From: Candidatus Omnitrophota bacterium
GTDB taxonomy: Bacteria; Ratteibacteria; UBA8468; MWAK01
Assembly (NCBI GenBank): GCA_043797665.1
Contig: JAZDPL010000011.1
Location: 1 to 61,011 of the forward strand
Length of the DNA: 61,011 bases
Direction: 5' to 3'
Positions within the stretch are counted from its first letter, which is position 1, and each line of letters opens with the position of its first letter. The notes below the pieces were generated by a model. The model worked only from the letters and a program-made list of their open reading frames with translations. It was not told the origin of the DNA and ran no database searches. The position numbers and the translations under genes are program-made. Of the stretch, positions 37,112-46,622 are shown piece after piece.

Positions 37112-37843
37112 TTATTTAGTGCGTTTGTTTAGCCTTGCCAGGTCCTCCGGCGTATCCACACACCGGCTGTCCAAAGGGGTAATTACCACCCGGATTCTGG
37201 CGCCGTTTTCCAGTACCCGCAGTTGTTCCAGTTGTTCGGTCTCTTCCAAATCCCCCGTCTGCCAGGCGGAAAAAGTGAACAAAAAATCTCTGCGAAAACC
37301 ATAAATCCCAAGGTGTTTGTATGCGCCGGTGGAAGGCAGGCTACCTTTGCCGTCCCGGTCGTACGGAATACCGGAGCGGGAAAAGTAGAGCGCATCGCCT
37401 TTCCGGTCAACCACAACCTTTACCACGTTGGTGTCCTCCCATTCTTCATCATTCCGTAAAGGTGTGGCGGCAGTGGTCATCAAAACCAACGGGTTCTGAA
37501 ACGGTTCCAACACCGCCTCAATCACCTCCGGCGGCATCAGCGGTTCATCTGCCTGAATGTTAAGAAAGATATCCGCCTCCATCTCTTTTGCCAGCCAGGC
37601 AACCCGGTCCGACCCACAGGTAAAATCTCCGGTGACCTTGCGCACCTTACCGCCGAACTTTTCCACCGCCGCTACCAGGATATCGTCGTCGGCTGCCACC
37701 ACCACTTCCGAAATCCCGCGTGCCTTCGCCGCCTGGCGATAGACGTGCTCTATTAAGGGCTTACCATTCAGGAGAGCCAGCGCCTTGCCCGGGAACCGCT
37801 TTGACTGGTACCGAACCGGAATAACCGCAATTACTTTCATCAT
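37112..37843 (-). CDS. kdsB: 3-deoxy-manno-octulosonate cytidylyltransferase
   Basis: IPVRYQSKRFPGK, QADEP, ALYFSR, LEQLRVLENG, VDTPED. Confidence 0.94.
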   Translation of the reverse strand: MMKVIAVIPVRYQSKRFPGKALALLNGKPLIEHVYRQAAKARGISEVVVAADDDILVAAVEKFGGKVRKVTGDFTCGSDRVAWLAKEMEADIFLNIQADEPLMPPEVIEAVLEPFQNPLVLMTTAATPLRNDEEWEDTNVVKVVVDRKGDALYFSRSGIPYDRDGKGSLPSTGAYKHLGIYGFRRDFLFTFSAWQTGDLEETEQLEQLRVLENGARIRVVITPLDSRCVDTPEDLARLNKRTK

Positions 37844-38340
37844 TTCTTAACGAAGTTGATTATTTCCTGCACTACCTTTCCCGGAGATTTGCCGGTGGTG
37901 TCCAAACAAAAGTCAGCCTTCCGGTAGTAAGGAAGCCGTTTTTTTAATAACGTCTTAATCCGTGCCTGACGGCCGCCTTCTTTGAGCAGCGGACGGCTGG
38001 TATCATTAGCGGTCCGCCTCGCAATTTCTTTCACCTCTGCCAGCAGGGCAACCGTTACACCCTTCTTCTTTAAATTCGCCCGGTTTTCCGGGGCAATAAA
38101 GGCACCTCCGCCGATAGCGATTACCACGCCGTCTTTTTCCGAAACTTCTTTGATTACTTTTTTCTCCAGAACGCGGAAGTGGGATTCACCATACTGTTCA
38201 AAGATTTTATTGATAGAAAGACCTGCTCTTTCTTCAATCAGTCCGTCGGTATCGACAAACGCAAGTCCTAACCTCCGGGCTAAAATTTTACCAACCTTGG
38301 TCTTGCCGGTTCCCATAAAACCGGTCAGTACAATTTTCAT
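37840..38340 (-). CDS. aroK: Shikimate kinase
   Basis: GFMGTGKT, DTD, GESHFR, GGG, RPLL. Confidence 0.94.
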   Translation of the reverse strand: MKIVLTGFMGTGKTKVGKILARRLGLAFVDTDGLIEERAGLSINKIFEQYGESHFRVLEKKVIKEVSEKDGVVIAIGGGAFIAPENRANLKKKGVTVALLAEVKEIARRTANDTSRPLLKEGGRQARIKTLLKKRLPYYRKADFCLDTTGKSPGKVVQEIINFVKK

Positions 38341-38354
38341 AGATGACCCGAAGG

Positions 38355-38415
38355 GTCATTCTGAGTGCAACGAAGAATCTCTCTTTTAGATCCTTCGCTA
38401 TCGCTCAGGATGACA
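38355..38415. repeat. Family-2 inverted pair encoding the aroC C-terminus
   Basis: GTCATTCTGAG...GAAGAATCT-CTCTTTT-AGATCCTTCG...CTCAGGATGACA. Confidence 0.88.
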
Positions 38416-39555
38416 AAGTACGTCATTTTTGATATTTGATTTTATTTCTTCCAGGGAATCCCCGCCAAACTTCTCCAAAAAAGCATCCGCCAGAATCAGA
38501 GCGGCCATCGCCTCGCCAACGATGCCTGCGGCCGGCACCGCACAGATGTCCGAACGCTCCTTGTGCGCGGAGGCTGGTTTCTTCGTTGCCAAATCCACGG
38601 TTGAAAGCGGCCGACCCAACGTAGAAATAGGTTTCATCGCCGCCCGTAAAATCAGATTTTCACCGTTGGTAATCCCGCCTTCCAAACCGCCGGCCCGGTT
38701 TGTTTTCCGGTAAAAGCCATTCCGGCTGGAATAGAATATTTCATCCTGGACCCGGGAACCAGGTAGTCCGGAAGACTTAAATCCTGCACCAATCTCCACA
38801 CCTTTAATACCCGGAATACTCATTAGGCCCTGAGCCAGACGTCCGTCCAAACGCAAATCCCACTGAGTATAAGTACCCAAACCGACTGGCAGACCGGTTA
38901 CCACAACCTCAAAGATGCCGCCCAGAGTATCCCCCTTCTCTTTGGCGCGATTAATCAAGGTAGTCATCTCTGCTTCTGCCCGGGGTGAAAGACAACGCAG
39001 AGAAGAATTCTCAATTATCGGGTATCCTTTTGAGGGAAGAAACTCGGCGCTATCAATCACCGGACCAATCTGAACTACCCGGCTGTAGACTTTTATTCCA
39101 AAAAAAAGGAGTAACTTGCGTACTACGGCACCGGCGGCTACCCGGCTGGCGGTCTCCCGGGCACTCGCCCGTTCAATTACATTACGGATATCCCTGAACC
39201 CAAATTTAAGGCTGCCGGCCAAATCAGCATGACCAGGCCTTGGCAGAGTGACCGGAGCGCTAATCCCACCAGCCTCTACCTCCATGACCTCTTTCCAGTT
39301 CTCCCAATCCTTATTCCAAACCAAGAGCGCAACCGGACTGCCCAGCGTACAGCCTTTACGGACGCCGGCCAGAATCTCTACTCTGTCCTTCTCTATTGCC
39401 ATCCGGCCGCCCCGGCCGAAGCCCCTCTGACGCCTTGCCAGATCCCGGTCAATCTCGGTTCTGGTAATGGAAAGACCAGCCGGAATTCCGTCTAAAATTA
39501 CCGCCAGACCCTTTCCGTGACTTTCACCCGCAGTCAAAAACCTTATTTTGTTCAT
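38398..39555 (-). CDS. aroC: Chorismate synthase
   Basis: TAGESHG, PRPGHAD, ERASARETA, AMKPIST, ERSD. Confidence 0.97.
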   Translation of the reverse strand: MNKIRFLTAGESHGKGLAVILDGIPAGLSITRTEIDRDLARRQRGFGRGGRMAIEKDRVEILAGVRKGCTLGSPVALLVWNKDWENWKEVMEVEAGGISAPVTLPRPGHADLAGSLKFGFRDIRNVIERASARETASRVAAGAVVRKLLLFFGIKVYSRVVQIGPVIDSAEFLPSKGYPIIENSSLRCLSPRAEAEMTTLINRAKEKGDTLGGIFEVVVTGLPVGLGTYTQWDLRLDGRLAQGLMSIPGIKGVEIGAGFKSSGLPGSRVQDEIFYSSRNGFYRKTNRAGGLEGGITNGENLILRAAMKPISTLGRPLSTVDLATKKPASAHKERSDICAVPAAGIVGEAMAALILADAFLEKFGGDSLEEIKSNIKNDVLCHPER

Positions 39556-39569
39556 CTTGCCTCACCACA

Positions 39570-39620
39570 GCGACCCTAAAAGGGTCGCACTACATCGGGC
39601 GCCATAAATGGCGCCGCTAC
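39570..39620 (-). repeat. Two tandem single GTAG REPs
   Basis: Minus strand GTAGCGGCGCCATTTATGGCGCCC and GTAGTGCGACCCTTTTAGGGTCGC. Confidence 0.8.
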
Positions 39621-40832
39621 TTAAATGGGTATACGCTGAGGAACCACCACAATCCCGGTGTCGGTCACGGTGAACCGTTTTCGGTCCTCTTCCAGGTCAT
39701 AGCCGAGGCGGAATCCTTTGGGTATCTTAACGTGTTTGTCAATGATTGTCCGTCTGATTTTGACTTCCCGGCCTACCTCTACCCCTTCCATAATGATGGA
39801 ATCTTCAATCCGGCTGTAACTGTGGAGAAAGACCCGGGAAGCGATTATGGAATGGACCACCTGAGAACCGCTGACGATAGAACCGTCACAGAGCAACGAA
39901 TCCAGAACTTGTCCGCAGCGGCCCGGGTCGCGAAAGACGGTCTTGGCCGGAGGCAGAGGTGCCTGATAACTCCAGATGGGCCAGGTGGGTTCATAAAGGT
40001 CTAACTGGGGTGTAACCGAAACCAGATCCATACTGGCGTCATAATAGGCTTCGAGCGTACCTACATCCCGCCAGTACCTGGTCTCACCCTTTTGCCAGTC
40101 TTGAAAAGGGTATCCGTAGACCGCCTTGCCCTCCCTCACCAGACGGGGTAAAATATCCCGGCCAAAATCATGGGAACTATCCTCCATTTTGGCATCGGTA
40201 ATAACCTCACGGACCAGATTTTCGGTCTTAAAAACGTAAATCCCCATAGAAACCATCGCCCGGGACGGTGCGCCAACCAAAGCCTTGGGCAAATCAGGCT
40301 TCTCTTCAAAAGAAACGATGCGATTCCCGGAATCCAATTCCACCACTCCGAAACGTTTTGCCTCAGAAACCGGTACATCCAGAACCGCTACCGTAACCTC
40401 GGCATCTTTTGCCGCATGGAATTCAATCATCGGCCGATAGTCCATCTTGTAGATGTGGTCTCCGGCCAGAATCAAAACGTACTTGCTTCTCTCCCGTTCC
40501 AGGGTATAGATGTTCTGAAAAACCGCATCTGCGGTACCCCGGTACCAATCATCACTAACCCGCTGTTGAGCCGGCAGAATGGTAATGTATTCTCCCAATT
40601 CCGGACTCAAAATACTCCAGCCCATCCGTACGTGGCGGTCAAGGGAAATAGATTTATACTGGGTGAGGACAAAGAGCTGGCGTAAACCGGAGTTGATGCA
40701 ATTACTCAAAGGAAAATCGATAATCCGGTAATTACCGCCAAAAGGGACGGCGGGTTTTGCCCGGTCTTTGGTCAAAGGATAAAGCCGTTCACCCTTTCCG
40801 CCGGCTAAAACGAAAACCAAAACTTCAGTCAT
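39621..40832 (-). CDS. glgC: Glucose-1-phosphate adenylyltransferase
   Basis: LAGGKGERL, RAKPAVPFGG, WYRGTADAV, GDHIYKMDY, FEEKP, DFG. Confidence 0.96.
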   Translation of the reverse strand: MTEVLVFVLAGGKGERLYPLTKDRAKPAVPFGGNYRIIDFPLSNCINSGLRQLFVLTQYKSISLDRHVRMGWSILSPELGEYITILPAQQRVSDDWYRGTADAVFQNIYTLERERSKYVLILAGDHIYKMDYRPMIEFHAAKDAEVTVAVLDVPVSEAKRFGVVELDSGNRIVSFEEKPDLPKALVGAPSRAMVSMGIYVFKTENLVREVITDAKMEDSSHDFGRDILPRLVREGKAVYGYPFQDWQKGETRYWRDVGTLEAYYDASMDLVSVTPQLDLYEPTWPIWSYQAPLPPAKTVFRDPGRCGQVLDSLLCDGSIVSGSQVVHSIIASRVFLHSYSRIEDSIIMEGVEVGREVKIRRTIIDKHVKIPKGFRLGYDLEEDRKRFTVTDTGIVVVPQRIPI

Positions 40833-41191
40833 TCCTTGCTCCGGCTTAACAACTCTGTTACCTTGTTCTTCAGTTCCCCGAAATCAGGGGATTTCAATAC
40901 GTAAGCATCCGCAGCCCAGGAAAGAAAACTGTCGCGATAGGAATCGTAAGCAGTATAAATAATCACCGGCAGTCCGGGACGAAGAGACATAACCTTCCCC
41001 AAAACTTCTATCCCATCCATATCCGGCATACGAATATCAAGAATTACCAGCCGGATACTTTCGTCCTCAATCTGTTTTACCGCAGACTGTCCTTCGTTGA
41101 CCACCGTAACCTGGTAACCTACTGCTTCCAGTTCCTTCCGGTAAACCAGACCGGCATCCGGATCATCATCCACCAAAAGTATATGCTCCAT
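40829..41191 (-). CDS. Stand-alone response regulator receiver
   Basis: LLVDDD, LDIRMPDMDG, YTAY, YVLKS. Confidence 0.93.
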   Translation of the reverse strand: MEHILLVDDDPDAGLVYRKELEAVGYQVTVVNEGQSAVKQIEDESIRLVILDIRMPDMDGIEVLGKVMSLRPGLPVIIYTAYDSYRDSFLSWAADAYVLKSPDFGELKNKVTELLSRSKE

Positions 41192-41208
41192 ATCCTCTCA
41201 CCTAATGA

Positions 41209-41295
41209 TGTCATCCTGAGCGATAGCGAAGGATCTTTCTTTTAGATTCTTCGTTTCACTCAGAATGACAAATAAACGCTGAAGCCTTGCCCTAC
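41209..41295. repeat. Family-2 inverted pair (41209-41270) plus GTAG REP remnant (41278-41295)
   Basis: TGTCATCCTGAGCG...CTCAGAATGACA; minus strand GTAGGGCAAGGCTTCAGC. Confidence 0.85.
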
Positions 41296-41296
41296 A

Positions 41297-42700
41297 TTAC
41301 GTCTTTTCCTTTCTAGGTAGATAGATAGTGAAAGTGGCGCCTTTCCCTGCCCCTTCGCTTTCGGCAGTGATTCTACCCTCCAACGTCTCCAGAATCTGAC
41401 GGGCAAAAGCTAATCCTAACCCGCATCCGCCCGGTCGGGTGGTAAAAAAAGGCTCAAAAACCTTGTCTATATCCTCATTCCGGATACCCACGCCGTTATC
41501 GGCCACCGATATCCGGACCCAATCCTTGTCCCAATCACCGCCAAGAAGAATCTCGCCGGCAGGAAGACCGGCAACCGAATGAAGGCTATTTTCAATAACG
41601 TTGACTAAAACATGCTTTACCTGTTCCGTATCCACACAGACCGGAGGGATGTCCGGTTTCAGTGCTTGTTCAATCCTGGCGGCTGAACTCCCCTCTTCCT
41701 TTATCCCGGCCAAAACTTCGGCACAGACCTCTTCTACCAGAGCGTTGATCTTGTAGCATACACCACTTTGGGATTCACCCAACCGGACAAAATTCAGGCA
41801 GAAATTTATGAACCGGGCCAACCGGACCGTCTTTTGGTAGATTAATTGACTCTGATTCTTGATATCTTCTTCCGAAAGGCCGCCCCGGTTGATAGACTTA
41901 GCCAGACCTCCAATGACCGTAACCGGTTCCCTGAGTTCATGACCGACATAAGTTATCGCCTGACCGATAGTCGCTAACTTTTCACTGCGCAAGAGGCGAT
42001 GCCGAACCTCATATAAATCAAGATAGGATTCCTTCAATTCCGCAACCTTTTCCTGCAAAGCCCGATTCATACTGACCAGTTCCAGAATACTACCGGCCTG
42101 CTTGGCAAAAAATGCCAATAATTGCACCTGACGTTCACTGATGGCCCGACTGGAGAAGGCGTTGTCACCGACCAGAATCCCTGCCGTTCCGAAACGTCCC
42201 GGAATAGCGGTAATAACGAACTGGGAGCCGAGTAAAAACGGGCTTAAGACTTTCGGAACCAGATGCGGCTCGTATGGCTTGGACAATAAGTAGGTATTCC
42301 CATCGCGTAACACCTGCGTACAAATATTGTCTGAATCCAACGGTAAAACGAACCGGGCCACCATCTGATTAAAAGGACTATCCGGAGAGAAACTGGCATA
42401 ACTGAAAAGAAGGTCCTGTAACCGGGGATTTTCCCGGGCTAACCGGGACCAGATACGGCCGGCATCCTCGGCGCTTGTGGGTCCAATCCCCATTTTACCT
42501 TCCAGGTTTTTTCGCTTTTCGTCAACCAAAAAGAGAGCTGCCCGCGAAAAACTGAATCCACTGCCTGCGGTAGCCGCGGTAAGGATGATAAAAAAGAGGT
42601 CATCCAGGTCCAACGTTGAGTGCAGAGCCTCATCCAGAATGTAGAGCAGACCCAGCTCATCATCGGTCCAGAAAGATTCTTTTTGAATTGGGGTTATCAT
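41297..42700 (-). CDS. Cytoplasmic GAF-like sensor histidine kinase
   Basis: H-box GHELREP, N-box NVIENS, DNGVG, FEPFFTT, GCGLGL; no obvious TM. Confidence 0.9.
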   Translation of the reverse strand: MITPIQKESFWTDDELGLLYILDEALHSTLDLDDLFFIILTAATAGSGFSFSRAALFLVDEKRKNLEGKMGIGPTSAEDAGRIWSRLARENPRLQDLLFSYASFSPDSPFNQMVARFVLPLDSDNICTQVLRDGNTYLLSKPYEPHLVPKVLSPFLLGSQFVITAIPGRFGTAGILVGDNAFSSRAISERQVQLLAFFAKQAGSILELVSMNRALQEKVAELKESYLDLYEVRHRLLRSEKLATIGQAITYVGHELREPVTVIGGLAKSINRGGLSEEDIKNQSQLIYQKTVRLARFINFCLNFVRLGESQSGVCYKINALVEEVCAEVLAGIKEEGSSAARIEQALKPDIPPVCVDTEQVKHVLVNVIENSLHSVAGLPAGEILLGGDWDKDWVRISVADNGVGIRNEDIDKVFEPFFTTRPGGCGLGLAFARQILETLEGRITAESEGAGKGATFTIYLPRKEKT

Positions 42701-43389
42701 ATATAGAACTTCACCTTCGCTTTGGCGCGTGTCTTCTGATACCACGCCTCTAAAACGCCCGATGCCTTTTGAGAAAACATCATTTGACGCAGGGCATCAT
42801 CGGTGGCTTTTTCACTGTCTTTCTGTGTTTTTCGGAAATCAGTTAGGTCCTGTTCGGTAACGTTAATCCGGGCTTCACTGACCACCAGATTCCGCAGTTT
42901 CTGTAAAGTAAGGGATTTACGAAGGTTCCCTTCAATCTCCAACCACTCGTTTTCAGGAATTCTGGCGACAATCTGCTGGAAACGGTTTTCGTCAAAGACG
43001 CCCTTTTCGTCCCGGAAATTGGGGTCATTCTTTATTGCCTCCAGAATATCCTTGTCGGTTACCCGGATATGGCGCCTTCTGGATTCTTGAAAAAGGATTG
43101 TCTGCCGGACTAAACCGTCCAGAACTTCTTTCTTAATACTCTCCATCTCCGGACTGTTATCAGCCGGCTCCTGACCAAGGATTTTTCTATATTGCGAAAG
43201 AACGTTGTCTAATTGTTTATAGTAGACGTCCTTCGGAATACCCTGACGGTTGACCTTGACCGCCAGGTTCTCATTCATTCCCCGGATTTCCGTACCCACA
43301 CCCCAGACGAGAAAAGAGGGCACGATTACCACCGCCAGACCAAAGAATATCCTTTTGGCTACTTTCTTTTTACCCAGTATTCTTATCAT
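42697..43389 (-). CDS. SurA/PpiD N-terminal domain protein
   Basis: N-terminal TM (PSFLVWG), AVKVN, LDGLVRQTILFQE, F.DEKGVFD. Confidence 0.8.
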   Translation of the reverse strand: MIRILGKKKVAKRIFFGLAVVIVPSFLVWGVGTEIRGMNENLAVKVNRQGIPKDVYYKQLDNVLSQYRKILGQEPADNSPEMESIKKEVLDGLVRQTILFQESRRRHIRVTDKDILEAIKNDPNFRDEKGVFDENRFQQIVARIPENEWLEIEGNLRKSLTLQKLRNLVVSEARINVTEQDLTDFRKTQKDSEKATDDALRQMMFSQKASGVLEAWYQKTRAKAKVKFYI

Positions 43390-44075
43390 TCTTTTCCCCC
43401 AAGAATAATGACAAATTCTCCCCGGGTCTTTTGGGATTGTTGGAAAAACCCGTTGATTTCGGCAAGCGTACCAAACTCAATCTCCTCAAACTTTTTGGTC
43501 ATCTCCCGGCAGACGGTCATTTCCCGGTTACCCACCACGTTCAAAAGGTCTGCCAGGGTCCTGGTTACCCGGTACGGTGACTCATAAATTACACTGGTCA
43601 TCTTACTCTCCTTCAGTTCCTCCAGAACCCTTTTACGTTTTGAGGTCTTGCGGGGCAAAAAACCAAAAAAAGTAAACCTGTCCGTGGGAAGACCGCTTAC
43701 CGACAAACCGGCGGACACCGCACAAGGACCGGGAACCGGAACTACCTTAATCCCTTCCTGAAACGCTGACCGGACCAGAAGGTAAGCCGGGTCAGAGATG
43801 CCCGGTGTCCCACGGCTTGAGACCAGAGCCACGTCCTGACCGGATTTCATCTGGTCCAGAAGCATCTTCACCCGGCGGTCTTCGTTGTCCCGGTAGTAAC
43901 TTACCAGCCTCCCCTTTGCCTTTAATTGGAAATGGAAAAGCAGTTTCCGGACCTCACGGGTATCCTCAGCGGCTATCAAATCGACCGCTTCCAAAACCTT
44001 GAGCGCCCGGAAGGTAATATCCTCCAGGTTGCCGATCGGCGTAGCCACAACATAAAGCACCCCTTTCTCTTCCAT
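43386..44075 (-). CDS. rsmI: 16S rRNA C1402 2'-O-methyltransferase
   Basis: LYVVATPIGNLEDIT, AEDTR, GTPGISDP, YESPYR, REMTKKFEE. Confidence 0.96.
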   Translation of the reverse strand: MEEKGVLYVVATPIGNLEDITFRALKVLEAVDLIAAEDTREVRKLLFHFQLKAKGRLVSYYRDNEDRRVKMLLDQMKSGQDVALVSSRGTPGISDPAYLLVRSAFQEGIKVVPVPGPCAVSAGLSVSGLPTDRFTFFGFLPRKTSKRKRVLEELKESKMTSVIYESPYRVTRTLADLLNVVGNREMTVCREMTKKFEEIEFGTLAEINGFFQQSQKTRGEFVIILGGKE

Positions 44076-44133
44076 TCTTTTTATATTATACCTTAATATG
44101 CTAAAATCTTACAACGTTAATGTGGAGGTGAAT

Positions 44134-45336
44134 ATGGAAGAGGCAATCTTAAAGGAAGTTATTACCAGAAATGAGAGTAAAATTGTGTTGGTAGTGTCGG
44201 ACGGGTTGGGCGGCCTACCCAATCCGGAAACCGGATTAACCGAACTGGAAACCGCCAAAACTCCGGAACTGGACCGCCTGGCAAAAATTGGCTCGGCCGG
44301 TCTTTCCGTGCCGATTGACTACGGCGTTACGCCCGGCAGCGGTCCCAGCCACCTGGCGCTCTTTGGTTACGACCCGGTCAAAAACCTGATCGGCCGGGGT
44401 GTCCTGGAAGCAAGCGGCATCGACTTCCCTCTCCAGCCGGATGACTTAGCCACCCGGGGAAACTTTGCCACCATTGAGAATGGTTTGATTAGAGACCGCC
44501 GGGCAGGCAGAATCTCCACCGAAGAGAACCAGCGTCTCTGCGCGAAACTCAGCGCCGCCATCCCGGAAATAGACGGCGTTAAAACAATTATCCGGACCGT
44601 GAAAGAACACCGTTTTGTAGTGGTCTTCCGCGGAAAAGGATTAGCAGAAGGACTTTCGGAAAATGACCCGGGAAAAGAGGGTTTACCACCTTTGAAAATT
44701 GAGCCCTTGAAACCCGAAAGCCGGTTATCCGCAGAGATTGTCAACAAATTCGTGGAACAGGCTTCCGGAGTTCTTAAGGATGAAAAGGCAAACTTCCCGC
44801 TCCTGCGCGGATTTGCCAAAAAACCAGGACTGCCGGATTTTCAAGAAAAGTATCTCCTTCAAGCCGGAGCCATTGCCGCCTATCCGATGTACCGGGGCCT
44901 GGCCAGGCTGGTAGGGATGGAAGTATTGCCTACCGATGAAAAGACTGCTGACGAACTGGAGACCCTGAAGAAACGTTATCAGGACTTTGACTTTTTCTAC
45001 CTCCACCTCAAGAAGACCGACTCCTACGGCGAGGACGGTAATTTTAACGCCAAGGTGAAGGTAATTGAAGAATTGGATTCCCTGGTGGGTGAGATTGCTA
45101 AGTTAGGGCCGGACGTTCTGGCGATAACCGCAGACCACTCAACCCCGGCGCTTCTTAAAAGCCATTCCTGGCATCCTAACCCGTTTTTGCTGGTCTCCCG
45201 ATACGCGATGGCTGATAGGTTGGATAAGTTTTCCGAGAGAGAATGCCGGAAGGGGAGTTTCGGGGTCTTTCCCGCCACTAAGATTATGCCCCTCCTCCTG
45301 GCCCACTCCCTGCGCCTGAAGAAGTTCGGCGCGTAA
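44134..45336 (+). CDS. apgM: 2,3-bisphosphoglycerate-independent phosphoglycerate mutase (ApgM type)
   Basis: DGLGG, TPGSGPSHL, RGNFAT, DRRAGRI, TADHSTP, HSWHP. Confidence 0.93.
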   Translation: MEEAILKEVITRNESKIVLVVSDGLGGLPNPETGLTELETAKTPELDRLAKIGSAGLSVPIDYGVTPGSGPSHLALFGYDPVKNLIGRGVLEASGIDFPLQPDDLATRGNFATIENGLIRDRRAGRISTEENQRLCAKLSAAIPEIDGVKTIIRTVKEHRFVVVFRGKGLAEGLSENDPGKEGLPPLKIEPLKPESRLSAEIVNKFVEQASGVLKDEKANFPLLRGFAKKPGLPDFQEKYLLQAGAIAAYPMYRGLARLVGMEVLPTDEKTADELETLKKRYQDFDFFYLHLKKTDSYGEDGNFNAKVKVIEELDSLVGEIAKLGPDVLAITADHSTPALLKSHSWHPNPFLLVSRYAMADRLDKFSERECRKGSFGVFPATKIMPLLLAHSLRLKKFGA

Positions 45337-45475
45337 ATAATATCTTGAACATCCTGAAAAAATAAACCTAATTTTTGGAGTATAAACGAAGTATTTCGGA
45401 TAATAAATAAGGGTGTCAGGCTAAAATATTTTTTGTTTGATAGGCAAATGGAGGATATCAGTTCTTATGATTTTA

Positions 45476-45539
45476 TTGTGTATACTAAAATGATAATTTG
45501 ACAAACTATAAAAATTATTATAAGATATTTGTGTATAAT
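45476..45539 (+). promoter_or_regulatory. sigma70-like promoter flanked by TTGTGTATA direct repeats
   Basis: TTGACA (45498-503)-N17-TAAGAT (45521-26); TTGTGTATA at 45476 and 45529. Confidence 0.55.
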
Positions 45540-45554
45540 AAACTCCCCAGGAAA

Positions 45555-46622
45555 ATGACTACATTAATAATGGAAAAAAGCGAGCCGGTCTGGCAGCAAA
45601 TCTATAACGACCTATCTGTTGAGGTCAAAAATTTTGATTTTGGTCAGCGCTTCTATACTCTGGCGGAAATCTGCCGGAAATACGAAGTCAGCGGAATAAC
45701 CGCCCGCCGGGTCCTCTCCGAGATGGAACAGAAAGGCTTAGTTGAAAAGATTCGCAGGAGAGGCACCATCGCAAAAAATTGCAGCGAGAAGTTAAGCATA
45801 AAATTTATATTGCCTGCAGGTATGCCGGCAACAGCATTTTCAACCGAGCCGGTGTTGTTCAGGATTTACAACGGAGTTGCCGCCGAAACAGCCAAAATGA
45901 AAATAAGTCTTGAAACTATCTCGGAAAATTATTTTTCTTCCCTTTCCTTGAATTCCAGACAAAAAATCGGCTTTTTGATTTTTCAACAGACCTGTGATGC
46001 AAACTTCCCGACCTTTCTTAAAGACAACGCCCTTCCTTTTGTCTTTCTCCTTTTACCCGCAAAAGGAGAATTCGCTTCAGTTAGAGTGAATATAAAAAGG
46101 GGTGGTTATCTGGCGGCTAAACACCTTGCTTCCCTGGGGCATCAAAGAATCGGTTTAATAACCGGCCCTATTTCTCTGCCATTCTTTTTACCCAGATTTA
46201 AGGGTTACATTAAGGCACTTAAGGAAGAAAAGATAAAGTTTGACTGGTTACGGGTGAAAGAGACTTCCGGTAAAGACCCCGATGAAGATGAAATTGCACT
46301 TAAGGAACTTCTGGATTTACCTTCCCCGCCCACAGCCATCGTTGCCGGCAACGACTACCGGGCAATGCATATCCTTGACTACTGCCGCAAGAACAATATC
46401 CGCATTCCCGACGACCTGAGTATCATCGGTTTTGACAATATCTCTGAAGCCGCCATAACCCAGCCACCTTTGACCACCGTTGATATTCACCTGAAAAAGG
46501 TTGGCGCGGAGGGATTAAACTTGCTCTTGAGGATGATGACCGAAAAGGGTAAGAAAAATTGGAAGGACATCGTAATCAAGCCGGACCTGGTGGTTCGGGA
46601 AAGTACAAAGGAGGTGATGTGA
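45555..46622 (+). CDS. GntR-wHTH plus LacI-type sensor transcriptional regulator
   Basis: PVWQQIY, VSGITARRVL, RRRGT; LGHQRIG, IPDDLSIIGFDN, PPLTTV. Confidence 0.9.
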   Translation: MTTLIMEKSEPVWQQIYNDLSVEVKNFDFGQRFYTLAEICRKYEVSGITARRVLSEMEQKGLVEKIRRRGTIAKNCSEKLSIKFILPAGMPATAFSTEPVLFRIYNGVAAETAKMKISLETISENYFSSLSLNSRQKIGFLIFQQTCDANFPTFLKDNALPFVFLLLPAKGEFASVRVNIKRGGYLAAKHLASLGHQRIGLITGPISLPFFLPRFKGYIKALKEEKIKFDWLRVKETSGKDPDEDEIALKELLDLPSPPTAIVAGNDYRAMHILDYCRKNNIRIPDDLSIIGFDNISEAAITQPPLTTVDIHLKKVGAEGLNLLLRMMTEKGKKNWKDIVIKPDLVVRESTKEVM

